A stretch of 64,000 nt of DNA from an uncultured Pseudomonadota bacterium (GTDB lineage Bacteria > Vulcanimicrobiota > Vulcanimicrobiia > Eremiobacterales > Eremiobacteraceae): the NCBI GenBank assembly GCA_963736005.1, contig CAVTNB010000001.1, forward strand, positions 1,632,001 to 1,696,000, in the 5' to 3' direction. Within the stretch, counting starts at the first letter, position 1; each line of letters begins with the position of its first letter. The notes under the pieces were generated by a model that saw nothing but the letters and a program-made list of their open reading frames with translations, was not told the origin of the DNA and made no database searches. This document shows, piece by piece, positions 20,910 through 29,362 of the stretch. Both the position numbers and the translations under genes were made by a program.

Positions 20910-21080
20910 ACCACTTATCGAATCCAATGCGGCGATAACTTCGTGTCCTTGGGTGTCGGTCCGCCGCTGTCGTTTGGAAAGACCAGTTAGATCGATTTTT
21001 GTCGGGCACGATAATCCCCGGTCTCGTGATGAGCTCGAAGCACTTCCAAGGCTAGGTTCGGCAAGATCACGGGCCACAGT
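20910..21080 (-). pseudogene. Probable tyrosine integrase remnant
   Basis: Minus-strand translation gives PVILPNLALEVLRAH and LVFPNDSGGP, resembling phage-integrase segments. Located directly next to the att copy. Confidence 0.5.
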
Positions 21081-21161
21081 GGCTAGGGAAGAGTTTCAAA
21101 CGGTTACGAACGTGTCTACCCAGCCAGGTTAGAGCAACCTAAGAATCAACAGGAGGCCTTA

Positions 21162-21700
21162 GTGCAGTCTCCTCGAGAGGCTTTGCAACGGATCGCAACC
21201 ACCTTTGATCGCATTGACCATGATTCGTCGCCTCTTTCCGAGGTGGATATCGATGTATTGAAGCATGAGTACGATTTATACACGTCGTTCGCTCGTGATG
21301 CCGAAGGCCACCGCGCCACGGCGATGACGTTCATTGTGACCGCAGTTGCCGCGATTATTTACGCTCTGTCTGCGGTTAAATTCGACGCCCGATACTGGCC
21401 TCTCGCTGCTATCATCATATTACTGGGTGTGTACATTACGATCTTATTTAACATCTACCATGAAAGATGGGAGTTTTTATGATGATAGCACGTGGTTGTC
21501 GCTGGAGAATTGCGGCCGCGAGACCCGATGCACGAATTGAAGAGATTCGCTCAGCAGCAAAGCTTGCCCACCGAGAAGAGTTTCGGACCCAAAGGCAACT
21601 CTATAAGTTCTGGAGGTGGTTAGGGGTCGGGATAATCGTCATCGGCATTGCGTGTACCGCAGTTATGATTGCGATGCTGATATCGTCGACACAAAAATAA
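21162..21700 (+). CDS. Small 3-TM membrane protein, split into two ORFs by a probable frameshift near 21478
   Basis: ORFs 21162-21482 and 21467-21700 join at a T run. GGAGG RBS; low GC. Confidence 0.5.
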
Positions 21701-21762
21701 TCATTGCAAAGCAAGAAATAATTTTCCGCGCCAAACTCTAATGCAACAGTTAGGAGATACTA

Positions 21763-22182
21763 ATGCGGACCTTAATGGTTGTGCTTGTTCTTGTGGTTTT
21801 ATGTCTTGCCCCTATACTCTCAAGGGCGGATACCACTCTACCTAAGATGCTACCCAACTGTCAGGGTGTGCCGCAAAGCATGCCAAGCCAAGTTACTTTC
21901 GCATGCGCAGACGGCAACGTCTATGCACAAAAACTCAGTTGGACCAACTGGGGCCAGTACTACGCCTACGCGCGGGGACAGCTCATGCAAAACGACTGCA
22001 CGCCGAATTGCGCAGCCGGCCATTTCCACTCGTATGAGGCCAGCTTGACAGCCTTCGGCAGGGAGCATTGTCCCAACGGCGAGATCGCGTATCGGCGCGT
22101 CGCCTACACGATCACCGACCCCACGTTCCCATCAGCTGGCAACGCGCAATTCATTGCGACCTTCCCGTGCAAGCCGATGTAA
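21763..22182 (+). CDS. Secreted Cys-containing hypothetical protein
   Basis: AGGAG RBS, signal peptide, CADGN...W..W...NDCTPNCAAG. Confidence 0.75.
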   Translation: MRTLMVVLVLVVLCLAPILSRADTTLPKMLPNCQGVPQSMPSQVTFACADGNVYAQKLSWTNWGQYYAYARGQLMQNDCTPNCAAGHFHSYEASLTAFGREHCPNGEIAYRRVAYTITDPTFPSAGNAQFIATFPCKPM

Positions 22183-24134
22183 GCGGGTGAAAGAAAGCGA
22201 GTGCACCGGACGTTGCCCGTGGGCGCTGCTAGGTGACGACTTGGCGGTTTTTTTTGACCACTTATCTGACCACTTATGAGGCGCAGACTCGCGGAGACTC
22301 CCAAGTGTTTGATCGCGGGAATGATCATGCCACCGACGATGTCATCCCGTTCGCGGTTCCACAGTCCCTGTCCATAGTTGCCTGCCGTAAACATCACGAC
22401 AAGGTCAAGGGTCGGAACGATGAGCAGAAGCTGGCCGCCATTTCCATTCGCATGGAATGCCGGATACTCTTTGTTACCTGACTTGACGTCAATCATATGC
22501 CACGCCCAGCCCTCGTCGACGTCGTAATACACCTGATTGAAAGCATCACCGGTTAAGCCGGTCGTAGCTGGCGAGATGTGAGCGTGAGGTGAGAGTGAAT
22601 CCTTAACCCAGTCGGCACTAACAATCCGGCGCCCGTTCCAGACCCCGCCATCAAGGTAGGCTTGTCCCAACTTGAGGAAATCCCGCGGTCGCACGAATAC
22701 GCCTCCACCCAGATAGCCTTCTCCGTTCCCCATCAGATTCCAAGAATATGGACCGAAATCGAGTGGCCGAGCGACAGTTCGATCGAATAGTTCGGGAAGC
22801 CATTCACCGGTTGACTGACTGAGCATGGCCCCTGCAAGATTGATGTTCATTGAGCAATACGCATAGTGTTCGCCCGGCTCAAACTGCATTGGCAGGTCAA
22901 GCGTAACCTTAGCCCAGTCCGGATTTGATCGATCCGATTCGATCATGTCTTCATTACCCGGCGAGGCATCAGCGTTATCATCGCATGCGAAGCCTGCAGT
23001 ATGGGTAAGCAAATCACCCAGCGTAATTCTCGCCTTGCGGGGATCCGGGTTCAGAAAGGGTCCGCGCGAAGCAAGGACGTCGTAGACTTTGCTTTGAGGC
23101 GAAAGCTGGGAGCCTTCTTTTATTAACGCGCCAAGAATTAGCGATGAAAACGTCTTACTAGCAGAGCGTGTATCGTGTTGTTCCGTTTTATCGTGGCCGT
23201 AGAAGTATTCGTCTAAGACGAGCTTGCCGCGGTACGCCACGGTTATGGAGTGAATTAGCCAGGGACGGTCGCCAGCAGGATCTTTATCAATAATTCGCTG
23301 TACCGCACGACCCAGTGCGGCTTCATCCATGCCGAGATCACCCGCGCGCGCGACACCCCAACCGTCGTTGCCCGCCTCCGGTTCTCGATAGACGTAAGGC
23401 TCAGGGCTCGGGCCCCGTGGGAAAAATGCCGCAGCTTCTTGCGGAGATGCAGGTTCGAGCTCGACCATTCTCTTCAGGTCCTTCCAAACCAGCGCGATAC
23501 GAGTCGGATCTCGCAACACGGTCGCTTCAGAAGGATCCTGCGGCGTTGGGTCCGCCGGCCGCGTAAATCGGAGGAGAGCACCGGTCTGCACCACGATAAA
23601 TTGCATGGCGGAACCGTGCGAGTTTTGTTCCGGATTGCGAAATGCTGCTTTAAGCACCCCGTCAGTATCGCGAAATATCTTCAGATAGAGCGTGAACGTA
23701 TCGGGGAGCGGCTGAACGTTTGCCGTCCAACGACCGACGGCGGTTTGGGTAAGCGCTAGCGATGTAGCGTATGCGAGGGCTTCACCAAACGGATAAAGCG
23801 GATCTTCAAGCATTGGGCGACGGACCCAAAAACCGTGCAAGGTGCCATTGCGCACAACGCCACGAAAGGCGCCTCCGTCCGAGAACGACAGGAGCACGGC
23901 GTTACTCGTGGTTGTTTGGCTTGCCGTTCGTTTCCCGATGCTTCCGCGCCAATAGGCACCGGTGCGCGAAATGATAAGCACGCCGCCCTGGCCCGTTGGG
24001 AAATTTTCACGATAGAACCATAGACCGATCGGTGAGACGTCAGTGGATGTCGTTGCCGAAGTCTGAAACGGTGCGATGAGAAACATAAACAGCAACGCTA
24101 CAACCGTAGCGAGCTTCGGATATCTCGCTCTCAC
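22104..24134 (-). CDS. Serine hydrolase (beta-lactamase class C / AmpC-like) family protein; last ~65 codons are probably read-through
   Basis: Signal peptide; SxxK (RSASKT), LLTHTAG, YxS (YAYCS), GNGGQ, PTLDLVV. Confidence 0.85.
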   Translation of the reverse strand: MRARYPKLATVVALLFMFLIAPFQTSATTSTDVSPIGLWFYRENFPTGQGGVLIISRTGAYWRGSIGKRTASQTTTSNAVLLSFSDGGAFRGVVRNGTLHGFWVRRPMLEDPLYPFGEALAYATSLALTQTAVGRWTANVQPLPDTFTLYLKIFRDTDGVLKAAFRNPEQNSHGSAMQFIVVQTGALLRFTRPADPTPQDPSEATVLRDPTRIALVWKDLKRMVELEPASPQEAAAFFPRGPSPEPYVYREPEAGNDGWGVARAGDLGMDEAALGRAVQRIIDKDPAGDRPWLIHSITVAYRGKLVLDEYFYGHDKTEQHDTRSASKTFSSLILGALIKEGSQLSPQSKVYDVLASRGPFLNPDPRKARITLGDLLTHTAGFACDDNADASPGNEDMIESDRSNPDWAKVTLDLPMQFEPGEHYAYCSMNINLAGAMLSQSTGEWLPELFDRTVARPLDFGPYSWNLMGNGEGYLGGGVFVRPRDFLKLGQAYLDGGVWNGRRIVSADWVKDSLSPHAHISPATTGLTGDAFNQVYYDVDEGWAWHMIDVKSGNKEYPAFHANGNGGQLLLIVPTLDLVVMFTAGNYGQGLWNRERDDIVGGMIIPAIKHLGVSASLRLISGQISGQKKPPSRHLAAPTGNVRCTRFLSPAYIGLHGKVAMNCALPADGNVGSVIV

Positions 24135-24141
24135 GCTCTCC

Positions 24142-24810
24142 TCACTTCTTTGAAAACTGCTGCACCCGGGTCTTAAGCCAGAATACTATCGGCCCCCGGC
24201 CACTTTGCATGTTTCGCTTGAGCGCCGCGCAGGCGGCTTCGAGATCGCCGTTGCGCAATGCCCGAAGAATGCGCTCGTGTTCTTTCGATGCATTGAGAAC
24301 GTTGCGTGTCTCGCGCATGAGGGCGAGTTCATAGCGCCGCATTCGCCTGATGATGTCTTCGATCAGTTCGAGTAGGACGCGATTCCCACAGTCGGCAAGT
24401 AACTCGCGATGCCACTCGTCGTCGAGTGCAATAGCGCGGTCGGGATCGCGCTCAACCGAAAGCCGACGATTAATGCTCTCGAGCAGAGCTAGACGATCGC
24501 TGCAGGGGACTCCCGCTAATCGCAAAGCCTCCGGGTCGAGTATCGGCCGGACATCGTAGACTTGCTCGAACTCTTCGAGCGTAAGTGGTTGAACGACATA
24601 GCCTAGATGTGGGGTGTTGATAACGGCATGCTCGGCAACGAGCCGGTTTAAGGCCTCGCGCAAAGGTGTCCGGCTTACACCGAGTTGTTCAGCTAGTCGG
24701 ACCTCATTAATCCGCTCCTCTGGGTTCAATCGGCCGTCAAGAATCATCCTACGTACGGCGTCCTCAACCTGATCGCTGAGGTTGAATCTTTTGATTGGCA
24801 CCGATTGCAT
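24142..24810 (-). CDS. GntR/FCD-family transcriptional regulator
   Basis: LAEQLGVSRTPLREAL wHTH and an FCD domain (DDEWH, EHERIL). Confidence 0.92.
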   Translation of the reverse strand: MQSVPIKRFNLSDQVEDAVRRMILDGRLNPEERINEVRLAEQLGVSRTPLREALNRLVAEHAVINTPHLGYVVQPLTLEEFEQVYDVRPILDPEALRLAGVPCSDRLALLESINRRLSVERDPDRAIALDDEWHRELLADCGNRVLLELIEDIIRRMRRYELALMRETRNVLNASKEHERILRALRNGDLEAACAALKRNMQSGRGPIVFWLKTRVQQFSKK

Positions 24811-25374
24811 ACTGTATATAGTATACGATGATAGCCTTCTCTTGCCTGCAAGGGGCGGCGGTTTCACGGCCCAAGGTCGATTCAAGACAGCGCCGACACG
24901 CTTTGGGTCTACGACTACCGCCACCATATAGCGGCTGGGAAAGATCGCGCAGAAAGTATAGGCGGTATGATTTTGTACTTTGGTGTTCCGCCAACAAAAC
25001 TACCCGACTGCGACTTGTCGTCTGTCAAGTCGCCGCGCCGTTTGCGACTAGGCTCAACTCCGTACAGATCGCACAAACAGCTCCCAGATTATCAGGAGGC
25101 GGAGTCGTCTGCCCCCGACGTCCGGGATCCGAAGAGCGACCCAGCACAATTGGACATGACCCATAGTGTGTTTGAAGCGAAGAAGATCCGCTCCGATTGC
25201 TGGCGCTTAGCTCGCAGGCGTGGGCGGAATCCAAAGTTCGTTCTCAATTCCGAATGCCGTTGGCGAAGCGGCGACATTTGAAATCCGGGTACGTTTGTGC
25301 GAGGCGATTTCGCCAGAAGCTTATAGTTTTGAAACGGCCTTGCTCTAGGTCCCGCCACTCAATCCACAAATGCC

Positions 25375-25935
25375 TTAGCCGTGACGATGGCCGCCGCCAT
25401 TGCAAGCTTGTGATCGTTGTTCCATGGCGGCCCGACGGCCCGCCGCACGCGGAGAAAGTGTTCGTCGAAGTTCTCGACGCGCAACGCCTTGCTCGCCGCA
25501 GCCCAATACGTTCTTCGCGTCGTACCAGTGGACTGGCCAACCGCGCGCCTCGGCAGCGGAGGCCAGGGCCCTGCGGTACATCACCCAGTCGGCGACGTTC
25601 CGTGCACGGTAGTCCTTGATTCGTTCGGCAATCGTAGGCGGAAGCTGAGGGCAGTTACGAAGGGCGACGCCGAGGATACGCCGCACGGCCATCGCGACGG
25701 CGTCCAGCGCAAGCACTGCGTGCCTTTCCGCCGAAACACGCACGCGCTCGACCAAAGCCACGGCCTCGTCCAGCGGGAGCCCCTGGCCTTCGTGGTGATG
25801 GGGAAGCGCCGGCAGGTCGTCGTCCACGAGTTCTACGCGGCGGCGGTCGAGGAGCGTCCCATCGCGCGCCACCGTCACGAGCACCGCCCAACCGCCGTGA
25901 TCCGATACTCCGATGATGCCGCCGTTCTTCGACAT
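25375..25935 (-). CDS. Hypothetical protein, C-terminus probably frameshifted
   Basis: GGAGG RBS; GVSDHGGWAVLV...PHHH...ADWVMYR; high-GC codon usage. Confidence 0.6.
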   Translation of the reverse strand: MSKNGGIIGVSDHGGWAVLVTVARDGTLLDRRRVELVDDDLPALPHHHEGQGLPLDEAVALVERVRVSAERHAVLALDAVAMAVRRILGVALRNCPQLPPTIAERIKDYRARNVADWVMYRRALASAAEARGWPVHWYDAKNVLGCGEQGVARRELRRTLSPRAAGRRAAMEQRSQACNGGGHRHG

Positions 25936-26187
25936 GATTCCTCCCATCTCACGTCGCAGCTTTCAGAGCGCTGAGTTAGTATCCCGGTCCTACTGGGTGA
26001 CGAGCTGCGTTTTCTTGGCGATGTAAGGGTTCTCGTCGGTAATCATCTCTCTCATGCTCGTTGTTGCTGGAGTATTATTTTTGTCGCCCTGCTTACTTTA
26101 TGGTTCGGCAAGGCATTTATTGGTACGCTCCCGAGAGTAAGTACAAACGTTTAGAGACCGATCAAGAGCATTCACGCAAGATGATGG

Positions 26188-26508
26188 CTAGTCTACTTCA
26201 AGCCGTCGGATTCGCTCGCCCTCAAGGGTGAATTTGTAATCTAAATCCACAGTCCCACCTGGAAAGTTACCCTCCAAATGGACTCGGGCGACGAACTCAT
26301 TCTTACTGGTGGACTTTACGTCGAGAACCTCAGTGGTGTATTGATAGACTGAAGCTGCGCTGTCTCGCCACGCGCGAATCCCAGTTGCTCCATTCCACGT
26401 CTTTCCTTCATCGATAACAACTCCATCATCGGCGAATAGGTTGACGAGTGCATCGAAGTCGCGTGAGGACTGCGCGTCGAAGTAGCGCGTGATCACTTCG
26501 GGGGTCAT
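26188..26508 (-). CDS. SnoaL/NTF2-like protein
   Basis: YFDA..DFDALVNLFADDGVVIDEG and GNFPG. Confidence 0.85.
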   Translation of the reverse strand: MTPEVITRYFDAQSSRDFDALVNLFADDGVVIDEGKTWNGATGIRAWRDSAASVYQYTTEVLDVKSTSKNEFVARVHLEGNFPGGTVDLDYKFTLEGERIRRLEVD

Positions 26509-26889
26509 GTCACGCTTCCGATAATGGTTGCAAGTATTTGGTCCAGGGCGGCAATGAGCTTATCCTTGCCCGTAACGTCATAACGGCGAGCAAGTTCCTG
26601 TGCAGGCATGTACGCGGCGCCGACGGTGCCGTTCTCTTCCCCAAACCAACAATTTTAGCGGAAGATCGAGCGCGATGAGTGGGAACTCATCCATCAGCGG
26701 TGTGCCACCTTTTGGATTGCCGAAGATAAGCAGCATCGTCGGCCGCAAGGTAAGGCCGACGCTCTGGGCAGCAGCGCTTTGGTCGATCTTGGCAAACACG
26801 GCACTGCCGGTGTCAGTGATCGTTTTCGTCAGTCGCGCGACCGTGTCGGCGTATGAATACCGGCTGCTCCTCACCACGGTTTCAGTCAT
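26505..26889 (-). CDS. DUF302 domain protein (frameshifted near 26640)
   Basis: FAKIDQ, LLIFGNPKGGTPLM, ALDLPLKLLVW. Confidence 0.8.
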
Positions 26890-27168
26890 CGTCTCCTCCC
26901 GGCTGTCTACGAATGGGCTCGGTACTATTGCGAGAGCTTTATAGCCACCTCTTACCCATCAGCTCGTCCTTGACCGCAGCAGCGCGTCCCTTGCGTAATG
27001 ATCCTGCACTTTGGCTACTCATCGAGCATCAGACACGGAACGCTCCTCAAGCGGCTTTCCTCGAATAAAGACTAGGTCATATGTGGAAACGAGTGACCTC
27101 GCGCACTTCACGTTCGCAGTGTCGCGGTGGTCCTATCAGGGAGATTTGATCGCCTGTACGGAGTTTCT

Positions 27169-27693
27169 ATGGTCATCCACATTCGCGGCGCAAATGCGTC
27201 GGATACCGGCACCATGCTGCTGCAGTTCGTCGAGCGTCAGCGTGGCAGAGAGCTACGCCTGGGCAAGCGCGTCATCGGTTGGAATCTAAACGACACGATC
27301 GTGGTGCGTAGCGAAGGCCTGTCTGCGGCACAACTACATACCTACGTGCGCCATTTCGCACCGCAGCGTCACGTGGTGTTCGATCACGTATTTCCGGCGG
27401 CTGCAGTTGAGCAGTACTTCTCATTCGCGCGCGAGATACGCAACTATGTGTTCGCGTTCCTCAAAACACCGTCGGGTTCGCAGTGCCTGCTGCAAAGCCG
27501 ACTTAAGGAACGCGCCAAAAATGCGAGCTGCGAGATCGTGACCTTGAATCCGGATCGAAGCGTGCAACAGCTCGAGGTCTTGTTGCTAAGCGCCGCCCGA
27601 GTGCTCGGGACCAACGATCCGCTTGTCTTGCCAAAAACCCCTTCGCGCCGAGCGCCACGCGCCGGCACGCGCAAAACGGCAAAAGCCGCCTAG
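27169..27693 (+). CDS. Hypothetical protein
   Basis: 174-aa ORF with GGAG RBS, followed by a terminator. Confidence 0.55.
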   Translation: MVIHIRGANASDTGTMLLQFVERQRGRELRLGKRVIGWNLNDTIVVRSEGLSAAQLHTYVRHFAPQRHVVFDHVFPAAAVEQYFSFAREIRNYVFAFLKTPSGSQCLLQSRLKERAKNASCEIVTLNPDRSVQQLEVLLLSAARVLGTNDPLVLPKTPSRRAPRAGTRKTAKAA

Positions 27694-27703
27694 GACCGGC
27701 TCA

Positions 27704-27745
27704 CAAAAAAAGGAGAGCCCCGTCGCAACGGTTCGCTCCCCTCTT
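27704..27745. terminator. Terminator-like hairpin between convergent genes
   Basis: A-tract followed by the imperfect GGAGAGC..CCG/CGG..GCTCCCC hairpin (T-tract on the minus strand). Confidence 0.55.
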
Positions 27746-27771
27746 ATCAGCCAACTACTGCGGCTGGTCGA

Positions 27772-27879
27772 TTAGTCACCACACCACTCGACGGCGCTAC
27801 AGTTGCCTACGGAGCCAAGCGCTTGGCCTAAGACGACCTTTGCATCGAGAGACGCGATGATTTTCGGGGTCGAGTACAT
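27772..27879 (-). CDS. 35-aa putative RiPP-like precursor peptide
   Basis: MYSTPKIIASLDAKVVLGQALGSVGNCSAVEWCGD; AAGGGAG RBS; downstream terminator. Confidence 0.65.
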   Translation of the reverse strand: MYSTPKIIASLDAKVVLGQALGSVGNCSAVEWCGD

Positions 27880-28044
27880 GAGGAGTTTCTCCCTTGGTAT
27901 CTTAGAGGAGCGCCTCATCGCGCTCAATCGCTCTCTTGTAAAGGGGCGATTAAAGAAAGTCATACTCCGAACGTCACTCGATAACTGGGGACCGAAGCCT
28001 CAGGCGACAAGAGGCAATGGCCATACTGGCTCATATGAGATCGA

Positions 28045-28263
28045 TCATTGTTCAGCTGGCCCAGCGTCGACCTCAGAACCCTCTCGCTCGCGTATGGCAC
28101 GGCCATAGTAAATATCCATGAGGTGCTTCCCAAGAACGAGGCAGTCATTGGTCGTCAGCTTGCCCGTCGCTCGCCCTTCAGTCCCACTCACGTCGAATTC
28201 GATGTGGCTGAAACGCGGGCTGAAGCGGAACTCACCGCCCTTAAACTTTATGGATGCCTTCAT
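28045..28263 (-). CDS. Small hypothetical protein (72 aa)
   Basis: Strong GGGAGG RBS upstream of the ATG. Confidence 0.55.
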   Translation of the reverse strand: MKASIKFKGGEFRFSPRFSHIEFDVSGTEGRATGKLTTNDCLVLGKHLMDIYYGRAIREREGSEVDAGPAEQ

Positions 28264-28585
28264 TTACACCAATCCTCCCTTTCTAAGCTCGTCGCGGCGC
28301 ACGCGCTGGCTTTTGATGTTGGGATGAGTAAGATTGGTATCGCTCCTTCATTATCGGCAAATGCGTCGCCGGACACAAGGAGCAAAAGCCGTGCGGTAAC
28401 AGAAAGATGATTATCGGGAGGCCGAGGTGGACGGCGCTGTAGTCTCAACGCTGCACCACCCAGCCTAGCGTTGGTCGCTGGCACCGAATTTCCCGCAAGT
28501 CCGAGCCCGTTAGAAGTAACTCTTTCCTTGGCGCTGAATTCCGCGCCATGCGCATGGAGACCTGACCTTCCCAAGGAGTAACGCT

Positions 28586-29356
28586 ATGAACCCTAAGATC
28601 ATCGGAACCACGCTGCCTGTCTTGGAGATGGAACTCCAGCCGGGCGACAAGATCGTCGCAGAACCAGGCGAGTTCTCATGGATGTCGCAAAACGTCGTGC
28701 TCAATACGACCACGATGACCGCGGGCGCAAAGGGTATCTTGGGCGTGCTGGGCCGCGCGCTCTCTGGCGGAGGCCTTTTCATGGCCGAGTACACTGCACA
28801 AGGCGGTACCGGTCTTGTCGCCTTTGCCTCAAAGCTGCCCGGACAGATCATGCAGGTGGACGTGCAGCCGGGTCACGAGTACATGATTCATCGCCACGGC
28901 TTCTTATGCGCAACCGAAGGTGTCCAACTGGGCATTGGGTTTCAGCAGTCGCTCGGTGCCGGCGTCTTCGGCGGCAATGGCTTCGTGCTCCAAAAACTTG
29001 GCGGCACGTGTAGCGCCTGGATAGAGCTCGGCGGCGAGATCGTTACCTACGACTTAAAGCCCGGCGAAGGGCTGCAGGTGCATCCTGGACACGTTGGCAT
29101 GTTCGAAGTGAGCGTCAATTTCGATTTGACCTTCCTTCGCGGCGTCAAAAACATCTTCTTCGGACAGGACGGCTTGTTCGTCGCGCGGCTGACCGGTCCG
29201 GGCAAGGTGTGGCTGCAGACGCTCACGATGCCGAATCTCGCGCACGCGCTCATGCCTTACCTCGGCAAAGAAACCACAGCGCAAACCGTGCAGAGCGGCG
29301 TGGCGGGCGGAGTCGCAGGGGCCATGCTGCGCGACATGTTTGGCGGCAACGGCTGA
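28586..29356 (+). CDS. AIM24 / TIGR00266 family protein
   Basis: GGGLFM, FGGNGFVLQKL, LTGPGKVWLQT. Confidence 0.9.
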   Translation: MNPKIIGTTLPVLEMELQPGDKIVAEPGEFSWMSQNVVLNTTTMTAGAKGILGVLGRALSGGGLFMAEYTAQGGTGLVAFASKLPGQIMQVDVQPGHEYMIHRHGFLCATEGVQLGIGFQQSLGAGVFGGNGFVLQKLGGTCSAWIELGGEIVTYDLKPGEGLQVHPGHVGMFEVSVNFDLTFLRGVKNIFFGQDGLFVARLTGPGKVWLQTLTMPNLAHALMPYLGKETTAQTVQSGVAGGVAGAMLRDMFGGNG

Positions 29357-29362
29357 CCTACA

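Noticed and set aside
24830..25370. Possible gene remnants (e.g. TLWVYDYR peptide) and short ORFs
   Set aside because: Too fragmentary to assign without a search.
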